A stretch of DNA of 64,000 nucleotides from Azolla caroliniana (taxonomy: Eukaryota; Plantae; Polypodiophyta), in the NCBI GenBank assembly GCA_043228905.1, contig JBHGNT010000014.1, positions 18,662,001 through 18,726,000 of the forward strand. Reading direction: 5' to 3'. Each line of letters starts with the position of its first letter. Position 1 is the first letter of the stretch. Below are positions 10,686 through 24,100 of the stretch, piece after piece. The translations under genes and the position numbers were made by a program. The notes beneath the pieces are model-generated. The model searched no databases. It was not told where the DNA came from and saw only the letters and a program-made list of their open reading frames with translations.

Positions 10686-13339
10686 AGCTATGTCTTACAG
10701 TTGGCCAACTATCGTGAGACAAGGCTCCAAACCAACACACAATGAGTTAGGGTATGATGGTGGTGGGTGAAGATTTAAGAAAAAAGAGGAGTGTGTGAAT
10801 AGGAGCAGAAGAAGAAGAAGGTTATGTTAGAATGAGAGATTCATTTGTGTGTTTGCTTTAAGTAGGGATCATGGAAAGAAAGGGTCTAGAGAGAGAGAGC
10901 GTGTGGATTAGCGCGTGGTTGTGATCTTTTGCTCTCTCTTTCTAGAACGAGACTTTAGTCTTTGACCCCTCTCCCAACGCCATGTTTCTTTTCTTATTGA
11001 CACTTTCTCTTATTTCTAAGAGAGAAAACCATACCCTCTCTTTTTTATCTCATGAAGGACAAATAACATTAAGATATTTTTCGCTTGCCGTCTATGTGTG
11101 ACGTGACCATACTATTTTAGAGGGTAATATTCCGTACACTTTGAGTTTTGGTTCTTTCTTTCCCCTCTTCCTTTCCTTTCCTTCTTCAACACTTGGATTA
11201 GGACTCCTCGAGTGGATTTGGATGAATGGCATGTATCGTTCACCTTTAAGTGACGAGGTAATATTCATGTTGGTGTACTATGAGTATGAGTATGATTCGA
11301 TCATCGGTTGCGAGGTGGATATGTCATATTAATATGGAAGCTTGTGAGTGGGAGGGGGTGTTTGTTGCATTGGTTAACTACATTTCTAGATCCCAACACA
11401 CTTCAAAGGCACGGTTTTGTACCCAACTATCTAGAAAGTGAAGTGGCAAGACTAAAAAACGAACAAGTAGACCTATAAGTTAAGTTATGCACCTAGCAAC
11501 CAAGAAGCTTATTGAAAGGGATTTATATTCGTGCATTGCTTTGTCTTATTTTGCTCAATGTGAAAGTAATGCCAACAACTAGACATTTGATCATGCTCAT
11601 TGTTAAAACCTAAACCTTAGGCACTATGTATCAATATTCACATGATCGATTTAAAAACATTGTTCTTATTGAATTGACATTAGCGCCCTATAAATGTGAA
11701 AACCATCAACCTTGCCAAACAAATCGTTCGCGTTTGGTAGAGTGAGTTTTGAAACATTATGTGTTGTTCTAGTAAGTTGGATAGAGTTTCCCACTTAACG
11801 ATGTTAACCATGGGTCCACATTAAGCACCCACCCATTGCAAACATTAGGTTCCCACTCGACATTGTAGTGAGCTTGTTGTTATTTATGAATGACCTCGTA
11901 GTTTATTGATTTTGATGCAATGAAGACTTCACCACATAAATTTTGAACTATCATTGATTGCAAAAGCTGCTGTTAACATCAAATTTGCTAGTCTCTTTTG
12001 AATAAATGTGTTGCACATCGTATTCTTAGTAGTCTTTTGAATAATGTTAATGTCCTTTACATATTAATCAAGAGTTCATATCTATATATATTTTCTCTGA
12101 CTTATCATGCACGCAGTAGTTTTCCTCGCACTAGTATGTATGGCAATAACTCAAAGATTGAAGGAGCAAGACATGTCGTTTCATCAAAGATGAACAACAC
12201 AATGAAAGGACTACAATGTAGCAAAAACAAGGCATTAAATGGCAAAGCATGCATAACGCTTTCAAGTTTGATATGTTTGGCTTAGTGAAATCAATATTGA
12301 GAGATTTAAACATGATAGTGTTTTGGTAAATCCTTGTTTTGCAAACTCAGTTGTTGCATCGAGTCTTTAATGATGTTAGGATATTTCTAAAAACTCTTCA
12401 TAAAAGTTTATCCTAAGGTTATACATGATAGTCGTGGTTGTTCAGATTATATGACTTTACAGTGTTAGAGTCAAGATTAACACATTATTCGTCACAATAC
12501 ATAGAATAAAAAAATTTGCGATACCCCTTTCAAAAGGAATGCAAGATTATGCAACAATATTTCTCTACTTTTTGTTTGGTATTATGGACATCATTCAAAA
12601 AACATTGGTTTACATACAAGATTAGTTCATTCTCCTAGATAACAACAAAATGACCACCTGAAAGGCATTCTACTTTTATTTTGTAATCCATATAGTATAT
12701 ACTAAAAAGTCACAAGCGAGGTTAACATACACTTTCCATTCTTCAAATACATTAGAGAGTGGAGAAAATAGGTGATAAAGTATTCCTATATGAGAAGTTT
12801 GAGGATGAGGTATGGATTGAAACAATTAGGATTGAGTTATGGACTAAAAGCTGGCTAGAGTGAAGGGGTTTCTAGTAAAATAATGTGTTGGGAAAAACCC
12901 TAAAATAATATTGCGTGTTTCTTTTTCCCCCCCAATGCCCATAATTTTTTGTTATTTCCACAAATTGTCATTGGTCAATACATTGATAAAGCATTTAGTT
13001 GGTAAAATAAAAGAAACTCAACCAATCCCATATTTCTCTAAGCATACAAACACCTAGAATACATATGCGAAGCATTTAAAAAGTTTTATACCTTCTTTTC
13101 CAAAAAAGAATATACTCCATTAGTTAAACAGTCATTTTGTACACAACTTTAGTCCCGTTATCGAGTAGTCATTGCCTAAATTATCCTATCATTCTCAACT
13201 ACTATATACCCTATGTAGGTTGTATAAAAGCTCGCCACCAGACATTTACATACATATGGGTGACATCACTTATTTATCTTACACTTTCGCATATGTCTCT
13301 AGCCAAACTTTCCATACACATCACTAGCATTCCATAGCC

Positions 13340-16300
13340 CACATGTGTGTTCTTTATGTATCTCATCTCATTCACGCCCCTCTTTCAACTAATGGGGGGG
13401 GAGGAGGGGGAACAACATCTGCATACTACGTAATGCCTTCGTATATCCATTCCATTTTTTGCAGCCATCGGTGTAGTACGTCAACGTTTTTTGAAATTCA
13501 GCCTCATTAGTTCTAAAGCATCATCTATTCCATCAATCCGCTCATATTGTGCCCTCCATGTAGTTATTAGTGTGTGCCATATTAGCTTAATAGATTCAGT
13601 TGGAGGTCGTTTGTTTGCTAAAAATATCCTAATACATCTTATCGTCCATATGCACCATATGATAATGGGTGCAAGCAACATCCATAGATCTCCAATTTTC
13701 TACTTCTAAATGTGGATTCCCTTTTATCAATGATCAGTCGAATAGTTCCATTGTCCCTGTTGTACATTGCTTTGCATGTGCTATCATATTTCTCCACATC
13801 ATCATCAAGATAGTTCCAGCAAGCATGTCCCCATTTGAGGGTAAACGAGCTAGAGGCATGGCATAGCAATTGTAATGCCCTTCCCTAGATAGTTGCTGCC
13901 TCACGACATTCCCATAGACAATGGGAAATGCTTTCTAGTTGTCCACATGCACTTCATCTAGGGTCTACATTGGGGTCTTTACCCCACGTCCCTACCAACA
14001 AGGCTCTATGCGCAATAAGCCATAATCACATCATTATCTTGCGGACACCACTATCATGCCATATCATTTTCCAGAATTGATCTAATCTCCTTTCACTAAT
14101 GCCCTCATGTATCAAATATTTAGGTGCTTGCAATATCTTCGTGTTCTTGCTTGAGAATAATTTGCCTGTTGATTTCCGTATTGTATCTAAAAAATGGAAC
14201 CAACTTGGCACCCTCAGTTCGTCCTTGAGTTCTCTCAAAATACATTGTTGGGTCCCATGATAGCTGATCTGAATGCCCTTCTATCTGGCAACACACTGTC
14301 GTCGATATGATCTCCCTGGGCTTGGGGTCAATCATCATATCCTTTCCATTTTTTCCAATCAACCTAATTGTCCTTTTAGTTTGATAAGCTAGTTGCTCAC
14401 ATATTGCCATTCCCTGCTCTATTTTGTAGTAGCATGCCTCATTAGATCCCGTTGTCATTCCCTTGATTACAATTAGATAATTTCCAGCATCAATAAGTCC
14501 TGTCCATTCAGTTTCAGAGGTAATTATATCTTTATCTTCCAAGGTTTGCATGTTGCATGGAATGACATCTGTAATTCTCTTGAGCATGCTTTTACTCTTG
14601 CTTATCCTCCATATTATAGCCTTTTGAGTGTCCACATCATTAGACATAAATATCTTCCAATCCACTACTGCATTCCATTGGGAATTGATTAAATTGGCCC
14701 ATTTGAAACCTGCTTTTTGTCCTATCATCAACCCATCCAAATCTCTGATTAGTGGGTTCCACACAATTGGCATGTACATGCGGGCATATGCATCATTTTT
14801 CCACCTACAAGTGATTCCCTTTCTCATTCCCTGCCACACCTTCATAATTCCAGCATCACATATACTTTGCATACATCCCTAGTATTTGGGTCGCATTTTT
14901 GGCACAAAACCCCCAAAAGGGTTGCTTGACCAGCTTCCACCTTGTCTCGACAATCACATCTTCCATATGCATCTCCAAAGAATTTTCCAAGGTGCCTCAA
15001 GTGGTTACAAACTCTTGACCACCAACTTGTCTAACAAGGCCTTAGTTTGCACCACTGGATTTATCAGTCCCACCCCGCCTTCGCTTTTTTCTTTTATAAG
15101 TGTGGTTTTGTGTGGACCATGCAACCTTTTTGCATGAGCATGTTTTTCCTCGGTGCCTTTAAAAACCTTTTTATTAATTTCATCGACTTGGGCGCGATTA
15201 TCCAACATGCAATAGTACGCCATATAGTGGTCATTAGAACTTGATTTGCAATCACAATCTTGCATGCAAAGGATAGTTTTATTGCATTCCACCATATTAG
15301 CTTCGCATTTCTTTTGTCCACGAGCAAATTGTAGTGTTCTGATCGATCAATGTCCATACTGATTTTGAAACCCAAGTATCTAGTAGTTTCTCCTCTCCTA
15401 AACCATCTGAAATTGGGGTCCGGAGCCCAATTTAACATGTCATGCTTATTACTAATCCAAATGCCCACTAATTTATTCCAATTTATTTTAGCACTCGAGC
15501 CCATCCAAAACTCATCAATTTCACTTTGTTGTTTGTCCAAGTTGTTTGCTAATTAACATAAGTCGTTGTATAATCAACATATTCCGTATCAATTAGCATT
15601 CCTATATCATCGGGCAGGGGAAGACCTTGTATTTGCCAAGATCTATCAACATTTTGTTAATGCAAATCTTTTGTTGCAACAATGAATAGGTATGATGTCG
15701 CGGAAAACCACGGGTACGTGTGGAAACGGGGCAGGACCACCAGGGTCTTAGACCAATGAGCCAGTGAGAAAGAGAGTTTGTCTGAATCCTTTCCAGGCAA
15801 CTACACCGGATGGTTTTCGAACGCGTTCTCGATCCGGATCGATCCTCGGATTCCGGATGGCGAGCGCATGGGCTTGAGGACGTAAACTATTCTGGAACAT
15901 TTGTCGAATGACAACGATGAGCTCATGGGCTCACTCACTCGGATACGCAAACTCAATGGGAGAAAGCCAGAGACAAGAACACAAGAAAACGCAAACACAA
16001 GGAGAAACTCAATGAACTAATGATTAACAAAGAAACAAGAAAGATTACAACCGGACGTGGCCGGCAAAAGAGCTTCGACCTTGCTACACATACACACACA
16101 CACACTCACTCACACAGAGAAACTAGTGAGCCTTCGATCGGGAGCACACAAGCTGCCAACGCGAAACGGAGGCCTTGCTGCACGATGACAGGAAACCAGA
16201 AAACAGAGAATGGAAGGAAGCTTACAGAGCTCGATACAACAACACCTCGATCTCCAAAATCGTGGATCCCTCTTCCGTCTTTTCTCCCTCCTTTGATAGC

Positions 16301-19300
16301 TCAAGAAGGGAGAGACCATTACATCAGGCTATTAAGACAACCGCTTTCAATCCCTAATTTTCTCCTCGATTTTCTCACATCATATCTCTCATTCCTCTAT
16401 AAAGGCTAGTTCGTGTGCATCCGTGCACACCCGTGTTCACGCACATCTCGACCCCTTTTCTCTTAGTAACCGGAATCCCTCTCAACAACGGGGCCAATGG
16501 GCATCCTTGGTGTACCGATCGTTACGTCTTAAAGCTCTTCTCCATGCTTCCCGCCATCAAAACCTGTCTAGATGCATCTCTATAAAAGCAAGTCGTTCCA
16601 AGGATCCATTGTTGCTCGAAGCCTAGGGCCTCCATCACTACTTCTAGGAATTCCCATGAGATCTTGTCATATTCTTTTTCGAAGTTGAGTAGCATTGCTG
16701 CTAGGTCCACTTCTTGCTCCTCCGCCCATGCTGAATATTCCCAAAAAGTAACTATCACCAATGCTCCGGTTTTCCATGAAGCCAGTTTGCAGTGTATGTA
16801 TAATGTCCCCTAGTATCGTTTTCAATCAACTACTTACAACTTAAGCCATTATCTTATAAGCATTGGCGAGAATCGTCAATGGTCACAAATTATCAAGTAT
16901 CGTTAGATCTTTTCCATCCTTAGTTATTAAATAAATCTTTCTCCCCCATCTTTTTTTCTAATTTTAGTTGCTTTCTTCCGAAAGAAGCATGACATTCCTC
17001 AATTTTCCCACCAACCTATGAGCAGGATCAAGGTACCTCCATTTGACATTATACCATATTCTTCTTATATCATCAATCCATTTATGGTCCATAACCAATT
17101 ACTTGCTCACCTTCACATTATGTGGCATGCATCAATTGTTTTCTTGTATGTGGAACAAAACTTGTGCATGGTATGAGCACATTGTTCTAAGACAAATAAT
17201 GCATTTGCCTTTCCTATCGATGAGTTGAGGGTCCAAATACCATTTGTCTAGCCTGGACATCGTCCTCCCATACACGCTTCCTCCTACTCTAGAGTATAGA
17301 CAAGATTTTTCTTTTTGCATCTAAAAGTTAGGGGCATTCCAACATTCTATCACATTATATGCGAAACAAAACTTATCCCATGCACTAGTGTCATTTGCAT
17401 TTCCTCTTATATCTTATTGTTGCTCCACCATATTAAAATATCTCCCATGATCCACAACCCTGCATCTAGTTTCTTATCCACTAGTTGCAACCAAAATTCT
17501 TTTCTTTCGACAACTGAATTTGGGGCATATATGTTTAGTATGCCCAAATTCCCACATATGTGCTTTATCCTTATATAGACAACACAACCCTCCATTAAAC
17601 TCCCCTTTCTTGTGCATGGTACATTAAACTTAGCTTTAATTGTTATAAGCATAGAACGTAATAAACGTGTTCATACAAGCATTCAAATGTTTGGCTATAA
17701 TATATAATGACATATTTTGATTCAATCTCTATAGTTCACACTCATTTTTTTGTAAAGTTCTAAAGTGAGGAGGATAGAGATGTCTTGATTCTTAAGAAGC
17801 ATCCCAGAGGTATGCATGTTATACAATGCAAATATTGCAACCATACTTATGTTGGTGGTTCACAATCGATTAGAGTCCACTTATTGGCATTGAGAGTGAA
17901 TCAATATATAATATAGACCATAGTCAATCCAATCCAACTTCCAAATGATTTACCATACACGTTTGATTGAATCATTCTCGAATGCGAATGCAAGTATATT
18001 ACATATGGTTCATTCTATGGAACTTATAAGTACTCCCCTATGAATATGTCTATCCCCTGTAGCTGCAAACCATGTATTGGTCCAACTCCCAGGGCAAATA
18101 TTTCCAATTTTGTCGATCTTATTCCCATATAGATGGTGCTTCTGCACCATGATAACATCAAGCACCATTGCCTCAGTGCAGCGTTGAATTTCAACAACCA
18201 ATACATTCTTCTTCATCTGGAATTGGGTGCCACCAATTCCTTATATATTCCATGTTAGTAAGCTAATATTCATTTCAACATATAGCATGCATCTTTTGTG
18301 GCCCACCCAATGCATTTATAGCTTCCACTAGGTTAGCTATGATCCTATATTGGAGATTTTCCTCTTCCAACTATGTCAACATTTCAGGGTGGTATACCAT
18401 AAACTTCGTGATCATTCTAGGAAGCTTCCTAAATTTCACATTTATGTAGCATATGCCTTCCTCATTTGCCTTGCCCGAACTCCATATCATGACATCTTTC
18501 CATTGTCTTTTCATTTTCACATCTATTGCGGTACCATGTAATGAATCTACATGACCACCCATTTGTTGTTCTAGTCATCCCAGTGCTTCTTCTCTACTGC
18601 GGGGTTCCTTATTTCCAACAACCAGAATATAGGACAGTCCAATGATTTGGCCTTCGTCATCACAATTACCATAGATATTGACTCTACACATGCCATCCTT
18701 CCTCATCTCAATTCCACACATTTCCTTGAACCACTTTTTGCCGGTCAATTTCAATTTGATCTGTTGGATAGTATTTGATAGGGGGGTCGCTTTGTATTGA
18801 AGATTCCATTTCACTCTAGGCCATTTACGCATACCTTTATTTTTCTCCATCCCATTATCCTCCTCTTTTTTAGCACGCATGTGCCTTTTGATTTTTCCTA
18901 TCCCCTTAATATGTTGGGTTTTCACTAGTGACTTAGCTTGCTCTTTCAAGGGGCTTAGGACCTTTCCTATACTTATTTCTCCTACCTCATCCATACTTTC
19001 ATAATGCATCTAGTTAGTATCATCCATTAACAAACCATCTTCCTGTTGCAATTTCTATGTATCATTAATAGCTTTCACATAGTTGCCCTCCAAATTAGCC
19101 TTCATTCTTGCTTCCCTTTCATTAATTGTGTTTTCATTGTCCTCCAAGGTTAAGAGTTCATATTTGTTGCTAAGTGGAAACCATTATTTTTTTGTTTTCC
19201 TTTATTGTTGTTATATTTCCGTCCATCTTCATTCATAAGCATTGCATAGTTTATTCTTAGATTGTTTTGTTGCATCAAACTTGTTGTGCTTTTCCATCCT

Positions 19301-19990
19301 TGCTTCCCGTTTCTACGATGCATGTTCTCCTTACCTCTAGGGAATCTCAAACCATATGCCCCATCTGTCTACATACAAAACATTGCCCTGGGAGTTCGAC
19401 ATATTCCACTGTTTGTACATGGTCGGGCATTTGTTTCCTGCTAAGCAACATCGATTGCAGTAGGGCCTTTACGTTAGAGATAATTAATTTGATCCTCGGT
19501 GTTTCACTTATTCTCTCTACTAATGTTTTTTCCAAGCATTTCTCTCCCATACTTTTGCCAATGGCCGGGAGAAAGGACTTCCCATTGCTTAGGTAAACCA
19601 GGGAAAAAGGTCATTATCACTACTAGATTGCCTATACAAGCATCTGCTTTACATATGTCGAAGTTTGCACCGTATTTGAATACATAGGCTCTTGCGTTGT
19701 GCCATGTTAGCGGGTTGCTCTCGATAATTTTGCGTAAATTCATTTCAAGCATCACCATGACATGGTAAACCCCCCTTCCCATAAATGTGATGTCCTTCAT
19801 TCTGCCAGGGTCTTCTTGTAGGCAACTCTACAACCAGTCACACACACAACGCTCTATTAGGTTGACTGCCCACCACTTTCAACACAAAGGATTCATGTTT
19901 GAGTCGTATTATTTCACTCTCCATGATGCATTCTTCTTCCCGGGAGAGAATAAAGGCTCCCATAGCTTGTATTGAGCTACCACTCCGACT
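13340..19990 (-). mobile_element. Degenerate near-full-length L1-type LINE (ORF1 with zinc knuckle, APE endonuclease, RT, zf-RVT), interrupted by a solo LTR
   Basis: Fragments in order on the minus strand: QCFVCRQMGH (CCHC knuckle), LLTWNI, NIYAPN, WIMGD, SRLDKWY, LLNFEKEYDKISWEFL, QGCPLAP-YLF, RYLGF, KSEGGVGL, APIIIWCIWTIRC. Many stops and frameshifts; ends approximate. Confidence 0.85.
15696..16487. mobile_element. Solo LTR (792 bp) inserted in the L1 RT domain
   Basis: Starts TGTCG and ends CAACA. GC-richer than its flanks and splits the RT motif QGCPLAP|YLF. Possible degenerate 4-bp TSD (ATGA/ACGG). Confidence 0.75.
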
Positions 19991-20462
19991 GTCCATCCCA
20001 TCTATCCCTTGTTATGAATCATCATCATAACAACTACAACTACGTTCATGACATACTTGCATCCCCTTAAAATACATGGAATTTTTGTAATGGTAGTTGT
20101 AAAATGTAGACTCCATGTTAAATTCTTTTAGAGTATTCAAATACCTAATCTAAACATAAAATGCACATTTTTTAACAACTATGGAACTTACATGCATATT
20201 TTAATAAAATAAGGAACTATAAATAGAAAAGGTTGAGAAAATGTTTCTTCAGGCCATGAAACCCTAACGTGGGCAAACTTACATATGTATGATGGTTTTT
20301 CATGTTACGATGGTTGTTTTTTGTTTTTTCAAGGGCGACCTGGGTAATGATAAATAACGGGGCACATTATGGGTTGGCATAATGAGGAAATAGAAAAACT
20401 CAACCAACCTTGCATTTATGATAAGAAACCTCACATGCTTATGAAATGTAAACGGTAGGAAT

Positions 20463-20790
20463 CAACAATGGTTTAGTTCGGGCTTAACTAGTTTAGCATT
20501 GTCCAAGCCAATTTGGATTAAGCCTTACCTGATTTAGAAGATTTTAAAACCTAATTGAACCAATCCCTAAATTGGTTTTGGGGGGCACGGTTCCCCAAGG
20601 TAATACGTATTTTTGTAAATGACTTAATCGGTTTGAGCCGGTTAAGTAGGGCTCAAGTTGAACCAAATTGAGCTCAAACCGGTTCCGAAAACTCAAGCCT
20701 AAATCAAGCTGAAATAAGCCGTCCAAACAATTGTTAAACGGCTTGGTTGAGGCTTGAGCCGAACAGTTGCAAAATCCTAGTACCAAACGG
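20463..20790. mobile_element. Degenerate hAT-like MITE upstream of the RSZ gene
   Basis: Dense AACCG/CGGTT/TTGAGCC/GGCTT subterminal-type motifs in both orientations. TIR and TSD not resolved. Confidence 0.4.
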
Positions 20791-21071
20791 TCAGCTGGCT
20801 ATTATTATCATCACAAACGTAGAGATTAAAAATCTGAATGAATTCTTCTTAGGTTACACAAGTTGTGTGTCTTAGTGTGTGCAGGGGGTCATTTTTATAA
20901 ATAAAAGGAAATTTGACGGGGGGGTATTTTGAGAAATAAATGAAACTACGCAGGCGTATTTTTCTTTTCTGTGGAAATAAAAAGAAAAAGCGACAGAGCG
21001 CCTTCTTCTTATACACCCTCCCCTCAACGTTCTTTCCTCAGAGTTTGTAACTTTTAGGGTTCCCCAGAGAA

Positions 21072-21080
21072 TTAGGGTTT
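21072..21080 (-). promoter_or_regulatory. Telo-box in the RSZ 5' leader
   Basis: TTAGGGTTT ~45 nt upstream of the ATG, with a second near-match at ~21053. Confidence 0.55.
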
Positions 21081-21121
21081 CCGGACAGAGACAGTGTTGA
21101 CGCGCAGAAACAGAAGCAACA

Positions 21122-24100
21122 ATGTCGCGTGTGTATGTTGGCAGCATGGATCCTCGCACTACAGAGAGAGATCTTGAAGACGAGTTTCGTGTCTTTGGCA
21201 TTTTGCGCAGGTGCCCACCCCTTCTCGTTGGTTTTATTCTGTTTAATAGTTTATTCTTTATTTTATTCTATTTCCTTCGCAATATGTCTGGGTAACCAAA
21301 CGAAGGTAGACGCGCGTGATCCAGTTGCTATATTTTTGAGAGCTAGATATCTGTTTTTTCATTTAAAAATGTCTCTTCTACGTAAAAATATCGAGTCATG
21401 CAAAAATGGGAATTTGATACAGTCAAATTCTGTTAGTTTTTTTGCTCTTTCTTTTTATAGCATGTTTAATCACGAATTACAAAAGAAAATTTTGCTTAAG
21501 GAGCTATAATTTAATCTAGACATCTTCATCTCATCATGTTAATTTTCATCTTGGTTATTATCAAATATTGAAGTATATATGCATATAGTATTTGGCAAGG
21601 TTTTATATTTTCTAACATATAATTGATGGTCTATTTCTATGACACCATGGGTTGCTAAGAAGCAGCTTTTCTGTTATAGAATGGGTTCTTAAGCAAGTCT
21701 TCTCGGTTTTGGGATGTATAAGCTGAACTCTGTTTTATTCTTCACTAACTGAAATGCGTTAGCAGTTGGTAGCTTTGCCTAAATTTTGATTGATTCTATC
21801 TATCAATTCATAAGATTTTTAATTGTTACTGGTCCATTCTTCATATTGGACATTATGACCTGAAGTATTGTTTCAGAATGGAAGCAAGTCTATTTGTAGC
21901 AGGTTTTTCCATTCTGAATCCTGCATCCATTCCCTCCTATATTTTTTATTGATGTATGCTAGCAAAAGATAAAAGGAAACTATCAAGAGGAAAAACAGAA
22001 ACTGTGTAATTTTGAGTTTTCCTAGTCTTACAAGACCGAAAAGAAAAGAAGAATGTTAGTATGATGAGTGTCACTGCAATTCGGTGCTTTGGTGAATGTA
22101 ATGCACTCTCATTTAAGGCTGAAACAGAAACCTCAAATTGGAAAATATCAAGCAAGAGAAAACGTTGAAAACTTGTTTGTGGGCAAATTTTTGAACATTT
22201 TGAAGATGAGAGCTCATTTTTTTGTTATTTACAGTGTGTGGGTTGCTCGGAAACCCCCTGGGTATGCATTTGTGGAATTTGATGACAAAAGAGATGCAGT
22301 TGACGCAATCAAAGCATTAGATGGTATACATTATCCTCTTATTTGAATATATTGCTTCTGCTATAGAAAACGATGCCAGGAAGCATTAGGTTTCCATAAA
22401 CTCTTAATAAAACATGGAAATGTGCTGTCATTTAATATTGAAAATAGTAGTTCCTGGTTTTGAACATGAAAATGTGCCGTCAATTAATATTGAAAATAGT
22501 AAGCTATTGGTTTTGAACATGAAAAATGCGCTGTCAGTTAATATTGAAAATAGTAAGCTACTGGTTTTGGCAATTGTAACCTATATCGCAGAAATCGAAT
22601 GGAATAGGAAATGTTCAAATTTCAAATCCAAAAGTGTGAGTTTAAAATTGATAAAACTAAATGTGTGTGGTGCATTAACATAGAATCTTCTCCACATGGG
22701 GCCTTGGCATATGGGGCGTGATTTAATTATGCTGTAGAAAGTAGACTGTAATCTATTGATTTGACTTTTGTATTGAGTAGCAATGCATCCTTTTGTATTC
22801 TCAATATTCTTTAGTTATAGAATATGGTGTCTGAATACTTTTTGATAGTTTTTCTAGTTATGCCATCATATCATATATGTATGTAGATTCTAGTTGCGTC
22901 AAAGAATAGTTCATTGTCGCTAAATGTTTTCATACCACATTTTCTCATAAGTTTTACATGTGACATGCAATTGATTTGTCAATGATAAAAATGTCAGTAC
23001 ATTCAAATAATCGCATATAAAATTAATAAATCAGTTTACTGGTAAAAAAGGGTTTTAGATGTACTGATATTGTATCTGTATCTACTCTGTAATAACCATC
23101 ATCTAAACATTCCAGGGAAAAATGGATGGCGTGTGGAAATGTCACGTGCTATTGGTGGTCGTGGCAGGAGTGGTGAAGAAAAGAAGTGCTATGAGTGTAA
23201 TGAACCTGGACATTTTGCCCGGGAATGTCGTTCTAGGCCATCTGGACATGGTTCTGGAAGGCGTGTTCGAAGTCGCAGTCGTAGCCCCCGATACCGTCAT
23301 AGCCCTGGTTATCGACGTAGGTAAGTTAATGGTCATCACAAAATGGGTTGTTCTGGTTTCACGGGGCTTGTTATTCCACTATATATATCTGGGCTGGTTA
23401 TGTGATTTCTACATTGTTTGGGAAGTAATTCCTTCTACATTGAAGGATATGTGAATGGAGTGCATGTTTTATAGAATTTGTTTATTTATTTTAAAAACAT
23501 TTATAAAACCAGGACAATTTTCTCTCTGATCTTGATTTATAATGATTTCAGTCCTGATTCTTTCTCTTCCAATCTCTATCAATTCAGCACTGTGGATATT
23601 GTCTTTCTAATTATTGATTAATACGGAATCTGATCACGTTTATGACCTTTATGTAAAACAAAATCTCATTCTAATAATTGATTCCTGTAGAAGCTTATCT
23701 CCACGACCTCCTTGCAGTTTGACTCCTCCACGAAGACCTTCACGAAACCGTAGCCGTTCTTCATCCCCCAAACGTGCACGTGGAGCATCATCACATACAT
23801 TAAATGGGTATTCAATATATTTTTTTGTTGGAGGTTGTTGGACTATATGAACTGAATGTATAACTGAGATTATGTCGATTTTCATAATAATTTGTTATTA
23901 ATGCTCAATCTTACCACAGATAGTCACACTAATAATTGTTTTATAATTGTAGGAGCTTATCTCCCCGGCGATCCCGCAATTTGACTCCTCCACGAAGGTC
24001 TGCACGCAACCGTAGCCGATCACCATCTCCCAAACGTGAACGTGGAGTACCAGCTCATACCTCAAATGGGTATGCAATATAATGCTTGTCTTTCGTAGAA

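Noticed and set aside
10534-10770. Plus-strand ORF antisense to the AG peptide
   Set aside because: Shadow ORF with a non-ATG start. The minus-strand product has coherent signal/AGP/GPI architecture.
11340-12700. Possible decayed DNA-transposon coding region
   Set aside because: Coding-like texture, but I could not identify a diagnostic motif or termini.
21211-22234. Poison exon in the long first intron of the RSZ gene
   Set aside because: Expected by analogy with other SR genes, but I could not define a specific supported exon from sequence alone.
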